DNA of 54,193 bases from Flavobacteriales bacterium (GTDB taxonomy: Bacteria > Bacteroidota > Bacteroidia > Flavobacteriales_D > SKUL01), in NCBI GenBank assembly GCA_007129985.1, contig SKUL01000292.1, positions 1 to 54,193 on the forward strand, written 5' to 3'. Of this stretch, positions 25,781 to 35,376 are shown piece after piece. A program made the position numbers and the translations under genes. Position 1 is the stretch's first letter, and each line of letters starts with the position of its first letter. The notes beneath the pieces were generated by a model. That model worked only from the letters and a program-made list of their open reading frames with translations. It ran no database searches and was not told where the DNA came from.

Positions 25781-26746
25781 ATGAAGCAGAGAGTATTCAA
25801 CAGCACGTTGATCTTGGTCATAACCACAATGATGTGGTCCGTGCAACTTGTGGCATCCGATGATCCGGGCGGACGTTTGACCCGCCAGCAATACATCGAC
25901 GCCTGGAAAGACGAGGCCATTGCCCACATGCACAAATACGGCATTCCGGCCAGTATCAAGCTGGCGCAGGGGATTTTGGAAAGCGGCGACGGCAACAGTA
26001 TGCTTGCCCGAAAAGCCAACAACCACTTCGGTATCAAGTGCCATGGCTGGAATGGCCCGGGTGTGTACAAAGACGATGACGCCAAAAACGAGTGCTTCCG
26101 TAAGTACAAAAACGCCCGCGAGTCGTTTGAAGACCACTCACAGTTTCTACTTAAGCCTCGCTACACGGAGCTATTCAAGCTAAAAAGCACTGATTATAAA
26201 GGTTGGGCGCACGGCTTGAAAAAAGCGGGTTACGCCACCAATCCGAAATATCCGCAGTTGCTCATCCGCATCATTGAGGAGAATGATCTTCACCGATTTG
26301 ATCGCGCGGGTCAGGGTAAAGGGCGTGTGGCGCAAAGCAAGCCTGCTCCACAAACCTCTAAACCTGCTTCTGGTAAGGGGGGCGAAATTGACTTTCATTT
26401 AGGCCGTCAGATTTTGCAGACCGATAACCGTGCGCAGTTTGTCTTTGCCCGTGAAGGAGATACCTACAAAGGCATAGCCGATGATCTTCAGATGAACAAG
26501 TGGCAGCTTCAGAAATACAACGAAGACAAATCTGTGCGAACTCTGGCCGAGGGTGAGCGCGTGTATATTAAGCCCAAACGAAATCGTGCGGCAGGCGCTT
26601 CAGTGCACGTGGTAGAGGAGGGACAAACCCTTTGGGATATTTCACAACTTCACGCAGTTAAGCTCAGCCGACTGGAACGCTACAATGAACTGACCCGCGA
26701 TACTCCGTTGCGCAAGGGGATGCAGATCAAGCTTAGCCGACGCTAA
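25781..26746 (+). CDS. Peptidoglycan hydrolase: glucosaminidase (GH73-like) domain + two LysM domains
   Basis: The track ORF was trimmed to ATG 25781, which gives the signal-like MKQRVFNSTLILVITTMMWSV. GIPASIKLAQGILESGDG.S.LA...NN.FGIKC is the glucosaminidase motif. Two LysM repeats follow (GDTYKGIADDL...YN; GQTLWDISQLH...YNEL). Confidence 0.85.
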   Translation: MKQRVFNSTLILVITTMMWSVQLVASDDPGGRLTRQQYIDAWKDEAIAHMHKYGIPASIKLAQGILESGDGNSMLARKANNHFGIKCHGWNGPGVYKDDDAKNECFRKYKNARESFEDHSQFLLKPRYTELFKLKSTDYKGWAHGLKKAGYATNPKYPQLLIRIIEENDLHRFDRAGQGKGRVAQSKPAPQTSKPASGKGGEIDFHLGRQILQTDNRAQFVFAREGDTYKGIADDLQMNKWQLQKYNEDKSVRTLAEGERVYIKPKRNRAAGASVHVVEEGQTLWDISQLHAVKLSRLERYNELTRDTPLRKGMQIKLSRR

Positions 26747-26779
26747 TTGCTACAGCGTGTTCAGTTTTCACTGGCTGTG

Positions 26780-29500
26780 TTACTCCAGATTATAGACGTG
26801 CAATGTGTTGGATGCTCCGATTGCCACTACATTCAAAATACCATCCTTGTTGATGTCGCCCACGGTAAAGCTCCCTTTTGCGTACATGGGCAGGTAATCA
26901 GATGACTTGCATTTTTCGTTGAGGATGTAAATCATTTCTTCGGCCTCGTTCAGCACTGCTATCCTCGTTTTGTCTTGCTGGCGGAAAACCCTTGGGCGGA
27001 GTGCCAGGCCTTCGTGCTTGTAATTGCAAACTACGGATCCATCGGGTTGAATTACCCAAAGCTTGTTGTCGGTAGTGAGGTACACGGTGAGCAAACCGTC
27101 TTGGTTAAGGTCTGCTGCGGTCATGTTGTGTTTTCCGGCAAAGCCCAGGCTGCTCTTGCTTACGTTGTTGTCGAATCCGAGGATTACCAGATTTCCCAAC
27201 GTATCGGTATAGAGTAACTGGCATTGCCTGATATCCTTGCCACGCTGAATAAACACAGGGTTGGCCGACCTGTCTTCCATGGTTGCCTTCACCTTGTGTC
27301 TTGAGCCTCCTTGCCGGTTGAGGAGGTAAATATTCCCTCCCACATCGCACATAAACACGTAGTCTTTGTTGCCCAGACGAAGGTGAACGGGTACATCGCG
27401 CACTTCGCTTTTGGTTGCGTTTGACTTCCAGCCTTTAATGTCTTTCCCATCCGGGCCAAGCATAATGGAGTTTCTGTTTGCCAGCGGAATGAGAATTCTA
27501 TAATCGCGGTTGTTGTCGTAATCAAACAATCCGAGTGGGGCTGTGGCTTTTTCCATTAACTTGACAGGAAATCCATCTACGTGCTGGCCGTTTCGATCAA
27601 TGAGGTACACGTGCGAAGCCGTGTTAAAGAGCAGTTGCAGCTTACCGTTTTTGTACCTGTCAATCTGGTGAACCTTACCGAGTATGGGCTCCTTGAGTTC
27701 ACGATTCCAGAGAACCTTGCCTGTATTGCTGATGAGTGCGAGCGACTTGTTGCCGAGCTGAACAAGAATTTCTCTGGATTGGGTGTAATGATTCAGCACC
27801 AGTTGCGGACCAAAAGTGATGGAGTCGTCGAGCGCGAGCTCCCAGAATGCACCGCTCTCCTGCGTGTAAACAGGGTTGTGACTCACGTAGATGTTGCTGT
27901 AATAAAGGTCGCCACTCGCCGAAAGCTGGTAGCCGACACCTTCAAAACGCCGGATGGTTTCTAGCTCGCGGTCGGCCCAGCGCTGCCCGTCCTTGCTAAG
28001 GTATTCCTTGAAAAGCGTGGTTGAACGGGCAATTCCGCTGTAGTAAAGTAAGTTCGATTTATCAGCGAGGTTGTTTGAAAAAGCTGCAAAATGGGTGTCT
28101 TTTTTCAGCGTACTGCCTGCCTGATGGTGCTGCAGAAGTGTGCGCATGGCGGATGCTGAGTTGGCCAGAATCACAAAATCATCCAAAGCCGTAATCACTG
28201 CATCTTCAAAGCCAATGAATGCCGTTCCCAGCAGAATCCGGTACGCATCGGCTGTTTTGATTTCCATTACCGGCTGGCCAAACATCTCATATGCTTCTGG
28301 GTCATGACCAAGAGCTGTGCTGAGTTCTGAGAGCTGTTGCAAGCCTTCGTTTTTACCCGAAGCAGACAAAAGAAGATACCTATGTGGGTCAACATCCTGG
28401 CTTCTCGGCTCGGTTATGGCAATGGCCACTTCGCTGTGTATCCAGCCAACGCATAGCTCCTCGATGTTTTTTCCGCACTGCTGGTTGAGTTGGTCGGTCT
28501 GCTTATCGCGCTTGCCCAGAGATCCCTCAGCGCGTAAATACTCGCGGTAGTTTTGGTAATAACTCGGAAAATGACTCAAACCCAGATGTAACAGGCTCGC
28601 GGTGTGAGAGGGCAGTAGTTTACTCACCCGCAAGGGTCTTGGCTTTTGTCCGTTGAAAACCTTGAAAAAATGATTGGCGCTGTCCGACACGTGAACAAAT
28701 CCGTTCAGCAATATCTGGTTCGATTTGGCTGTGAGATCCAGCGCAGACCAGCCCGCCAGTTCGCTTTGGAGCACCGTTGCGCGTTTGCCTTCCTGCCCCA
28801 GCAGCGATTTCATCCAGTTGCCAAAGGCCTTGTAGTTGATGTACACATTGGCGTCGGCATACAGACCTGCGGTTTTGGCTACCTTCTTAAATTGCTTGTC
28901 GTTGAGTAGCGAATGCGAGGTGCGCAGATTCCGGAGGGCTTCTTCCAGCGGAATGGTTTCGGTGCAAAACAGCACAATCCCGTCGCGGTATGCCCAATGA
29001 ATTGAGTGCTCGCTAATCCGCGCGGTAAAAATGGTGTTGTCGTCGTAGTTTCGTTGTGTTTCTGTTGCCTCATGAGGTAAGAATTCTCTTACGGCTTGGT
29101 GCACACCGGTCTCGGTGAGATTGGTGGGAGTGTTCAGACCAATCAGCAAGCAATACCTGTCCGAACCGGCAGGAGCGGCTACTGCCATGGCCTTTTTGGT
29201 TCTGATCTGGTTAAAGAGCAACGGGTTGAGTTGCAGCAGAGAGTCTAGATAATGACCCACCCTATCAGCCAATGCAAAGCTCTCGGCACTTTTGAGCTCT
29301 TCCCAGATAATGCTGGTATGGGTGAGTTTCTCCCATAATTTGGTGGCATCGCTTGTTTCGATAATAAGGGCCGATTCTTTGGGCGCGGCCATCAGAATAT
29401 GACTTACGGGTGTGTTAAACCGCTTGAATGCGAGGTAACCATAAACCATCGCTCCGATGATCATCATTACAAAAACAGCAAGAAAATACCTGCGAATCAT
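26780..29500 (-). CDS. Large membrane-anchored hypothetical protein with C-terminal beta-propeller/FG-GAP-like repeats
   Basis: 906 aa with a single N-terminal TM helix. The C-terminal roughly 350 aa hold repeated blades with D.N.DG motifs (ADLNQDGLLTV, GDINKDGILNV). The N-terminal part is DUF3352-like by recollection only. Confidence 0.6.
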   Translation of the reverse strand: MIRRYFLAVFVMMIIGAMVYGYLAFKRFNTPVSHILMAAPKESALIIETSDATKLWEKLTHTSIIWEELKSAESFALADRVGHYLDSLLQLNPLLFNQIRTKKAMAVAAPAGSDRYCLLIGLNTPTNLTETGVHQAVREFLPHEATETQRNYDDNTIFTARISEHSIHWAYRDGIVLFCTETIPLEEALRNLRTSHSLLNDKQFKKVAKTAGLYADANVYINYKAFGNWMKSLLGQEGKRATVLQSELAGWSALDLTAKSNQILLNGFVHVSDSANHFFKVFNGQKPRPLRVSKLLPSHTASLLHLGLSHFPSYYQNYREYLRAEGSLGKRDKQTDQLNQQCGKNIEELCVGWIHSEVAIAITEPRSQDVDPHRYLLLSASGKNEGLQQLSELSTALGHDPEAYEMFGQPVMEIKTADAYRILLGTAFIGFEDAVITALDDFVILANSASAMRTLLQHHQAGSTLKKDTHFAAFSNNLADKSNLLYYSGIARSTTLFKEYLSKDGQRWADRELETIRRFEGVGYQLSASGDLYYSNIYVSHNPVYTQESGAFWELALDDSITFGPQLVLNHYTQSREILVQLGNKSLALISNTGKVLWNRELKEPILGKVHQIDRYKNGKLQLLFNTASHVYLIDRNGQHVDGFPVKLMEKATAPLGLFDYDNNRDYRILIPLANRNSIMLGPDGKDIKGWKSNATKSEVRDVPVHLRLGNKDYVFMCDVGGNIYLLNRQGGSRHKVKATMEDRSANPVFIQRGKDIRQCQLLYTDTLGNLVILGFDNNVSKSSLGFAGKHNMTAADLNQDGLLTVYLTTDNKLWVIQPDGSVVCNYKHEGLALRPRVFRQQDKTRIAVLNEAEEMIYILNEKCKSSDYLPMYAKGSFTVGDINKDGILNVVAIGASNTLHVYNLE

Positions 29501-29594
29501 GGTGTGCGGACTTTAGGTCAAAGGTATATTCCCGATACACGCGCGTCACCCTCATGCCTGTGTACTATGCACAAGTGCTTGTGAAAAGGATGTT

Positions 29595-30212
29595 TCAGAG
29601 TTTAAGCTTGAGCTGAGGGTCCACCACGCGAAAAGTGGTGCGATGATGTTCCGTCATGCCGTGCTCTATGATGGCAGTGCGATGGGCAACGGTGGGGTAC
29701 CCCATGTTTTGCTTCCAGCCGAAATGGGGGTGTTCTTCGTGAAGCTGGCACATTAGCTCATCGCGGAAGGTTTTGGCGAGGATGGATGCGGCTGCGATGG
29801 CCAGAAAACGCCCGTCACCTTTTACAAAACAGGTGTGTGGCAAGTTGCGGTAGGGCTTGAAGCGGTTTCCGTCAATCAACAGATGTTCGGGTTTTTGTTG
29901 AAGCTGGTCAAGCGCCCGGTGCATAGCCAAAAAAGAGGCATTGAGAATATTGATGCGGTCTATTTCTGCGGGCGACACCATGCCAATGGCCCAACTCACG
30001 GCCTTTTTTTCAATCTCAGCGCGCAATTGCGCGCGTTTGGAGGCGGGTAGTTTTTTGGAGTCGTTCAATCCTGCAATTCGTACACGAGGTGGGAGAATAA
30101 CTGCGGCTGCTACCACGGGCCCTGCCAGACAGCCCCGACCGGCTTCGTCGCAACCCGCTTCCACAACGCCTCGTTGGTGGTATGATTTCAGCTTATCCAA
30201 GGCTTTGCTCAA
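29595..30212 (-). CDS. rnhB: Ribonuclease HII
   Basis: 205 aa. AGCDEAGRGCLAGPVVAAAV, DSKKL and ASI.AK match the RNase HII catalytic motifs. Confidence 0.9.
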   Translation of the reverse strand: MSKALDKLKSYHQRGVVEAGCDEAGRGCLAGPVVAAAVILPPRVRIAGLNDSKKLPASKRAQLRAEIEKKAVSWAIGMVSPAEIDRINILNASFLAMHRALDQLQQKPEHLLIDGNRFKPYRNLPHTCFVKGDGRFLAIAAASILAKTFRDELMCQLHEEHPHFGWKQNMGYPTVAHRTAIIEHGMTEHHRTTFRVVDPQLKLKL

Positions 30213-31389
30213 TGGTTTTCCATAGTGCGTCAGCGGTGCGTTCCCAACTGAATTGCTTCACTCTCGCTGCGCCTTTTTCGGTGAGTTGAACAGCGAGTTG
30301 TGGCTCCTGGGCTACGCGAGCCATTGCCTCTGCAATTTCTTCCTCCGAGAAAGGATTCACGAGTAAGGCGGCGTCATCGGCCACCTCGGACATGGCGGTG
30401 ATGTTGGATGTAATCACTGGGCAGCGCGTGGCAAAGGCTTCGAGAATAGGAATGCCGAAGCCCTCGAAATAGGGCACAAACGTAAGTGCCGTCGCACCCG
30501 ACAATGCGGTTACCAAAAGCTCATTTGACACACGACCCGTAAAAACCACGTCGTCGCGAAACTCCATGCGTTCGTAGCTTTTCCTGATATCGTCGTTCCA
30601 CCAGTATTTTTCACCCGCCAGCACCAGTTTGTGCGGTTTTACGATATTTTTTCTGGCAAGATCAAAGGCGTGCAACAATCGCTGGATGTTTTTACGCGGG
30701 TGCATGGCGCCCACAAAAAGAAAGTAGGGCTGTCCATCGGTGTATTGCTTTATGAAGCTATTCACATCACGCTCTAAAGCTGGCTGGAATTGCTCAGTTA
30801 CACCGTTGTACACCACGTCAATTTTTTGGGCATCAACGCCGTATTGTTGTGCGAGGTCGTTTTTGGAGAACTCCGATACCGTGGCAATACGCCTCGCGAT
30901 GTTGGCAAAGCGGGGCATGTATTTGCGGTAGTATCTGCTGTGAGAGCTCCGTACATCGCCGGGGTAGTGTTCAAAATTCAGATCGTGAATAACCGGCACC
31001 TGCGGAATGTGTAATTGCTGACTCAGAAATCCGTCGGGCGATAAAAATAGGTCGGGCTTAAACTGTTTGATGGCGCGAGGCAGGCTGTAGTCGAGCCAGA
31101 TTTTCCAAAGCAGCGGATGCCTTGCCGGTGGTGAAACTGCGATGGGCGTGATGTTGTTGGCGGTGATGAATCGCTCGTCCCAAGCCCTGTCAAACACATA
31201 CACAAATTGATGTTCTGGATGGGCGGCCACCACGCGCTGCAGCGTTTCAAAGCTGAAACGACCGATTCCCTCGAGCTTGTTGGGCAACAGCAGGCGCGTA
31301 TTTACGGCAATAACCAAGGCAGATGCAGGTGAAAGTGGCAGGCCGAAAGTAGAATATTTTCGCAGAAACAGGCACAAAGGTATTGCCAT
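30193..31389 (-). CDS. Glycosyltransferase family 4
   Basis: The GT-B fold shows as N-terminal IAVNTRLLL and a C-terminal EGFG.P.LEA motif. The true start may be TTG at 31317 (LVIAVNTRLL), which would leave a more plausible 133-nt divergent intergenic region. Confidence 0.8.
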   Translation of the reverse strand: MAIPLCLFLRKYSTFGLPLSPASALVIAVNTRLLLPNKLEGIGRFSFETLQRVVAAHPEHQFVYVFDRAWDERFITANNITPIAVSPPARHPLLWKIWLDYSLPRAIKQFKPDLFLSPDGFLSQQLHIPQVPVIHDLNFEHYPGDVRSSHSRYYRKYMPRFANIARRIATVSEFSKNDLAQQYGVDAQKIDVVYNGVTEQFQPALERDVNSFIKQYTDGQPYFLFVGAMHPRKNIQRLLHAFDLARKNIVKPHKLVLAGEKYWWNDDIRKSYERMEFRDDVVFTGRVSNELLVTALSGATALTFVPYFEGFGIPILEAFATRCPVITSNITAMSEVADDAALLVNPFSEEEIAEAMARVAQEPQLAVQLTEKGAARVKQFSWERTADALWKTIEQSLG

Positions 31390-31449
31390 GAACAGTTCGG
31401 TGCAGGTGCAATTTTGTTACTTTGCCGGCGTTTCGGTCTCATCTGACTC

Positions 31450-32892
31450 ATGCAGCGCAAGTTTATCCTCAACCTGGCCTTTGTACTGGTTTTAAATCTG
31501 CTGGTAAAGCCGTTTTACATCCTCGGTATTGACGCTGAGGTATTGAAACAGGTAGGTGAGGAGGCGTATGGAAACTACTTTGCGCTTATCAGCCTGTCCT
31601 TTCTTCTCAACATTTTTCTCGACGCGGGAATCACCAATTTCAATACGCGCAACATTGCCCAACACCGGCAGTTGTTGCAAAAGCACTTCTCAAACATTAT
31701 TGCGGTTCGTGGCTTGCTGGCGCTGGGCTACCTTGTACTCATCACGCTTGCAGGATGGTTGCTGGCCTACAGCAAGGAGCAGATGTGGTTGCTGTGGGTG
31801 CTGGGTTTCAACCAGGTACTGGTGGCCTTTGTGTTGTATTTCCGCAGCAACCTTGCAGGACTGCATCGCTTTGTGCAGGATAGCATGGTTTCAGTGCTAG
31901 ACAGAATTCTCCTTATCGGCATTTGCGGTGCCTTGCTCTGGGGAGGTTTTATGAACCGCCCGTTTGAAATTGAGTGGTTTGTGTACAGCCAAACCGTGGC
32001 CTATGCAATTACAGCAATGGTGGCCGCTTTTCTGGTATTGCGTGAATCGGGGCGCATACGCCTGCAGTGGAATGTACCCTTCACTTACATGATTCTGAAG
32101 CAGAGCGCCCCCTACGCCTTGCTGGTTTTGTTGATGACCATTTACTACCGTTCGGATAGCGTGATGCTTGAGCGCATGTTGCCCGACGGAGCCTACCATG
32201 CAGGGGTGTACGCACAAGGCTTCAGGTTTTTCGAGGCCTCCAATATGATAGCCTATCTCTTTGCAGTGCTATTGCTTCCAATTTTCTCGAAAATGATTGG
32301 CGATAAGCAGATGATTGATGACTTACTTCGATTGTCGTTCAAAACCTTGATGTCGGGAGCTCTGATTCTTGCTGTAGGCTGCATATTTCACGCCGAGGCT
32401 CTTCTGGAACTGCGCTACGTTCAAATTGGCGATCAGGCAGCGGCCAGTTTCGCAGTGTTGATGGCTTGTTTTGTGGCTGTTTGCGGAACGTACATCTTTG
32501 GTACTTTGCTCACGGCCAACGGAAGCATGCGCTGGCTCAATTACCTGGCGGCTGCTGGTATGGTGTTGAATATCGTTCTGAACCTCTGGATGATTCCGCA
32601 TTTTCAGGCTTTTGGTTCCGCAGTGGCAAGTTTGATTACACAGGTGATCACTGCGCTGGCGCAGATGTATCTTGCATTGCGGGTTTTTGATCTCAAGCCC
32701 GACCTGAGGCTGGCGCGCAATTTCCTGTTATTCGCTGCGGGGGTAATAGGCCTCGGGTGGGCAAGCAATGAACTGACATTTCACGTGATATACAATTTAA
32801 TCATTATGGCGGCGTTTAGCCTGCTATGGGCATCAATTACAGGCATGTTGTCGTTCCGCCAGTTGGTAACGATTATGAGACAAAGAATGTAA
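31450..32892 (+). CDS. Polysaccharide flippase (MOP/Wzx-like, oligosaccharide flippase family)
   Basis: 480 aa with about 12-14 TM helices. It sits in a glycan-assembly context (GT4, Wzz-like, O-antigen ligase-like). Confidence 0.75.
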   Translation: MQRKFILNLAFVLVLNLLVKPFYILGIDAEVLKQVGEEAYGNYFALISLSFLLNIFLDAGITNFNTRNIAQHRQLLQKHFSNIIAVRGLLALGYLVLITLAGWLLAYSKEQMWLLWVLGFNQVLVAFVLYFRSNLAGLHRFVQDSMVSVLDRILLIGICGALLWGGFMNRPFEIEWFVYSQTVAYAITAMVAAFLVLRESGRIRLQWNVPFTYMILKQSAPYALLVLLMTIYYRSDSVMLERMLPDGAYHAGVYAQGFRFFEASNMIAYLFAVLLLPIFSKMIGDKQMIDDLLRLSFKTLMSGALILAVGCIFHAEALLELRYVQIGDQAAASFAVLMACFVAVCGTYIFGTLLTANGSMRWLNYLAAAGMVLNIVLNLWMIPHFQAFGSAVASLITQVITALAQMYLALRVFDLKPDLRLARNFLLFAAGVIGLGWASNELTFHVIYNLIIMAAFSLLWASITGMLSFRQLVTIMRQRM

Positions 32893-32965
32893 ACTACCCA
32901 ACTTCTTCTTTTGCTATTTTTGCGCCTTCGCAAGAAACTCATAAGCAGATAACCCCAATCTCAAC

Positions 32966-33922
32966 ATGGAACAAAACAACTTCACTTTCGGAATGCTTGT
33001 GCAAATCATTCGCAAGCGTTTCAAGCTCCTTATCATTATTGCCGTAGTTGCCATTATTGGCGCAACTGTTTTTTCAGGCCCAACCTTTATTACCCCTAAG
33101 TTCAAGTCGGTTGCTATCGTATACCCGATTAATCTCAAGGCTTATGGCAGTGAGTCTTTGACAGAACAACTGTTGCAACTTTTTCAAAGTACCAGTATTC
33201 GCGATAGCATTATCGAGAAGTTCGATCTTGCTGAGGTATATGAGCTGAATCCGAACAAAGAAGGCTTCAGGCATAACCTTCTCAATGAATACAATGATCA
33301 CATTGTGGTGTCGCGCACCAATTTTGAGTCGGTAAAAATTGAAGTCTATGATGAATCACCTGTCAGAGCCCGCGATATTGCCAATGAATTGATTCAGCAG
33401 CTCAATTACAAGGCCCGCAAGCTTCATCGCGATATCGCCCTTGAACAACTCAAGATTGCGCAGGGGTCGCTTGATTTTCAGAAAAGCCTGCTTGATTCAA
33501 TCAACACCGAACTCAGTGATCTTCGTCGTGGTAGTGGGCTGCTGGATTATGAAATACAAACGGAGCGTATTACGGAAGGGTATTTGAGAATGTTGAGCGA
33601 AACAAGGGTTCCTCAATCAAGAATTGATGAGGTGCGCAGGATGCTCGACGACCTAGGTGAGAAAGGAGGCGTTTTTATGGCGCTTACCCAAATGAGTGAA
33701 ATGGGTCACCTGAACTACAACGACCTGTTGGTAGAGTACCAAACCATTTTGCGCGATGTTAACCGCGAATTGAGTTATACCCAAACCGTGGCCGCTCCCG
33801 AAGTGGCAGACAAAAAGGCGCTGCCTGTACGATGGTTGATTGTGGTTACTGCTCTAATTTCCTCCTTGTTGGTTGCTTTGGTGATTCTTCTCCTGTTTGA
33901 GAAGCGGCAGATAAAAGATTGA
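32966..33922 (+). CDS. Polysaccharide chain-length determinant (Wzz-like PCP) protein
   Basis: 318 aa with one TM helix near each end flanking a coiled-coil-rich soluble domain. The N-terminal region looks like a Wzz domain. Confidence 0.65.
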   Translation: MEQNNFTFGMLVQIIRKRFKLLIIIAVVAIIGATVFSGPTFITPKFKSVAIVYPINLKAYGSESLTEQLLQLFQSTSIRDSIIEKFDLAEVYELNPNKEGFRHNLLNEYNDHIVVSRTNFESVKIEVYDESPVRARDIANELIQQLNYKARKLHRDIALEQLKIAQGSLDFQKSLLDSINTELSDLRRGSGLLDYEIQTERITEGYLRMLSETRVPQSRIDEVRRMLDDLGEKGGVFMALTQMSEMGHLNYNDLLVEYQTILRDVNRELSYTQTVAAPEVADKKALPVRWLIVVTALISSLLVALVILLLFEKRQIKD

Positions 33923-35376
33923 TTACCGCCCTTAAGCCATATCAGGTTTACCTACTTCTGGCACTCGGGGTACTGCTTAACTTCTACCTCGTTGCCAACG
34001 AGTACTATCTTGCACTTGCCTATCCGCTTGCGGTACTCGTAGTCATTGCAGCTCTTTTTGCCGCTGATAAAGTGTTGCTTTTAGTGGTCTTTTTTACACC
34101 CTTGTCTATTAACCTGGATAAGTTTGAAGTCGTCAAAGCCGGTTTTTTTATGCCCACCGAGCCCTTGCTGTTCGGTATCATGGTACTTTATCTCATGCGT
34201 GTGCTTGCCGGTGACGGCATCAGCAAAAAGTTTTTGAGGCACCCAATCACAATTTCCATACTTATTTACCTGGGTTGGATTCTGGTAACCTCCCTTACCA
34301 GCAGCATGTTTGTTGTGTCTATTAAGTTCTTTACAGTAAAGTTGTGGTTCATCATGGCGTGCTACTTTTTTGCCAAGGAGATTTTCGCTGACTACCACAA
34401 CATGAAACGCTACGTGTGGCTGTATATCATTCCGCTTACGGGAGTGATTCTCTACACGGTAATTCGGCACTCAACCTATGCGTTCTCGCACGAAACGGCA
34501 CACTGGGTGATGGAGCCGTTCTACAAGGATCATACGTCCTACGGTGCATTGCTGGCGATGTTTTTTCCGCTCACGGTAGGATTCCTTTTCAACAAACGCT
34601 ACGGTGCAATTTTGCGCATGGGCGTTTTTGTGGTGGTGGTGATTTTCGCTGTCGGAATCATACTCTCGTATACGCGTGCGGCGTGGATAAGTTTAGTGGT
34701 GGCCTTTGCGGTTTTTGTAGTGATGAAGCTCAGGATTGACTTTAAACTTCTGGTTTTGCTGGGAGTGATTTTGGGAGGTCTATTTCTAGCCAATTACGAT
34801 CAGATTATGCTTGAACTTGAACGAAACGAGCAGGATAGCTCCGACGATTTTGGTGAGCATGTTCAGTCTATTTCGAATATCTCCTCCGACGCGTCTAACC
34901 TTGAAAGGCTTCTTCGCTGGAATTGCGCCATCCGAATGTTTCAGGATAGACCCGTATTTGGATTTGGCCCTGGTACCTATCAGTTTCAGTACGCAACCTA
35001 CCAGTTTTCTTACGAGAAAACCATTATCAGCACCAATTTTGGCGACGGTGGTAACGCACACTCGGAGTATCTCGGGCCACTAGCAGAATCGGGCTTACTC
35101 GGGATGCTCACCTTTGGTTTTTTGGTAACTGTTGTGTTGGTGCGGGGCATTCGCTTGTACTATCGCATTGAAGACCCCGAGATGAAAATTCTGCTTATGG
35201 GCGTGATACTAGGGCTTATCACTTATGTGACTCACGGGGTGCTGAACAACTATCTGGATACGGATAAAGCGTCGGTTCCCTTCTGGGGCTTCATCGCCAT
35301 CATTGTATCCATTGAGCTGTACCACATCAACCGTGGTAAAAAGGCTTTAGGAGAAGCTGAATCTGCAGCTGAGTAG
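33919..35376 (+). CDS. O-antigen ligase/polymerase family protein (Wzy_C domain)
   Basis: 485 aa polytopic protein. YTRAAWISL and NAHSEYLGPLAESGLLG motifs match O-antigen ligase-like proteins. The TTG start overlaps the upstream stop. Confidence 0.78.
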   Translation: MITALKPYQVYLLLALGVLLNFYLVANEYYLALAYPLAVLVVIAALFAADKVLLLVVFFTPLSINLDKFEVVKAGFFMPTEPLLFGIMVLYLMRVLAGDGISKKFLRHPITISILIYLGWILVTSLTSSMFVVSIKFFTVKLWFIMACYFFAKEIFADYHNMKRYVWLYIIPLTGVILYTVIRHSTYAFSHETAHWVMEPFYKDHTSYGALLAMFFPLTVGFLFNKRYGAILRMGVFVVVVIFAVGIILSYTRAAWISLVVAFAVFVVMKLRIDFKLLVLLGVILGGLFLANYDQIMLELERNEQDSSDDFGEHVQSISNISSDASNLERLLRWNCAIRMFQDRPVFGFGPGTYQFQYATYQFSYEKTIISTNFGDGGNAHSEYLGPLAESGLLGMLTFGFLVTVVLVRGIRLYYRIEDPEMKILLMGVILGLITYVTHGVLNNYLDTDKASVPFWGFIAIIVSIELYHINRGKKALGEAESAAE

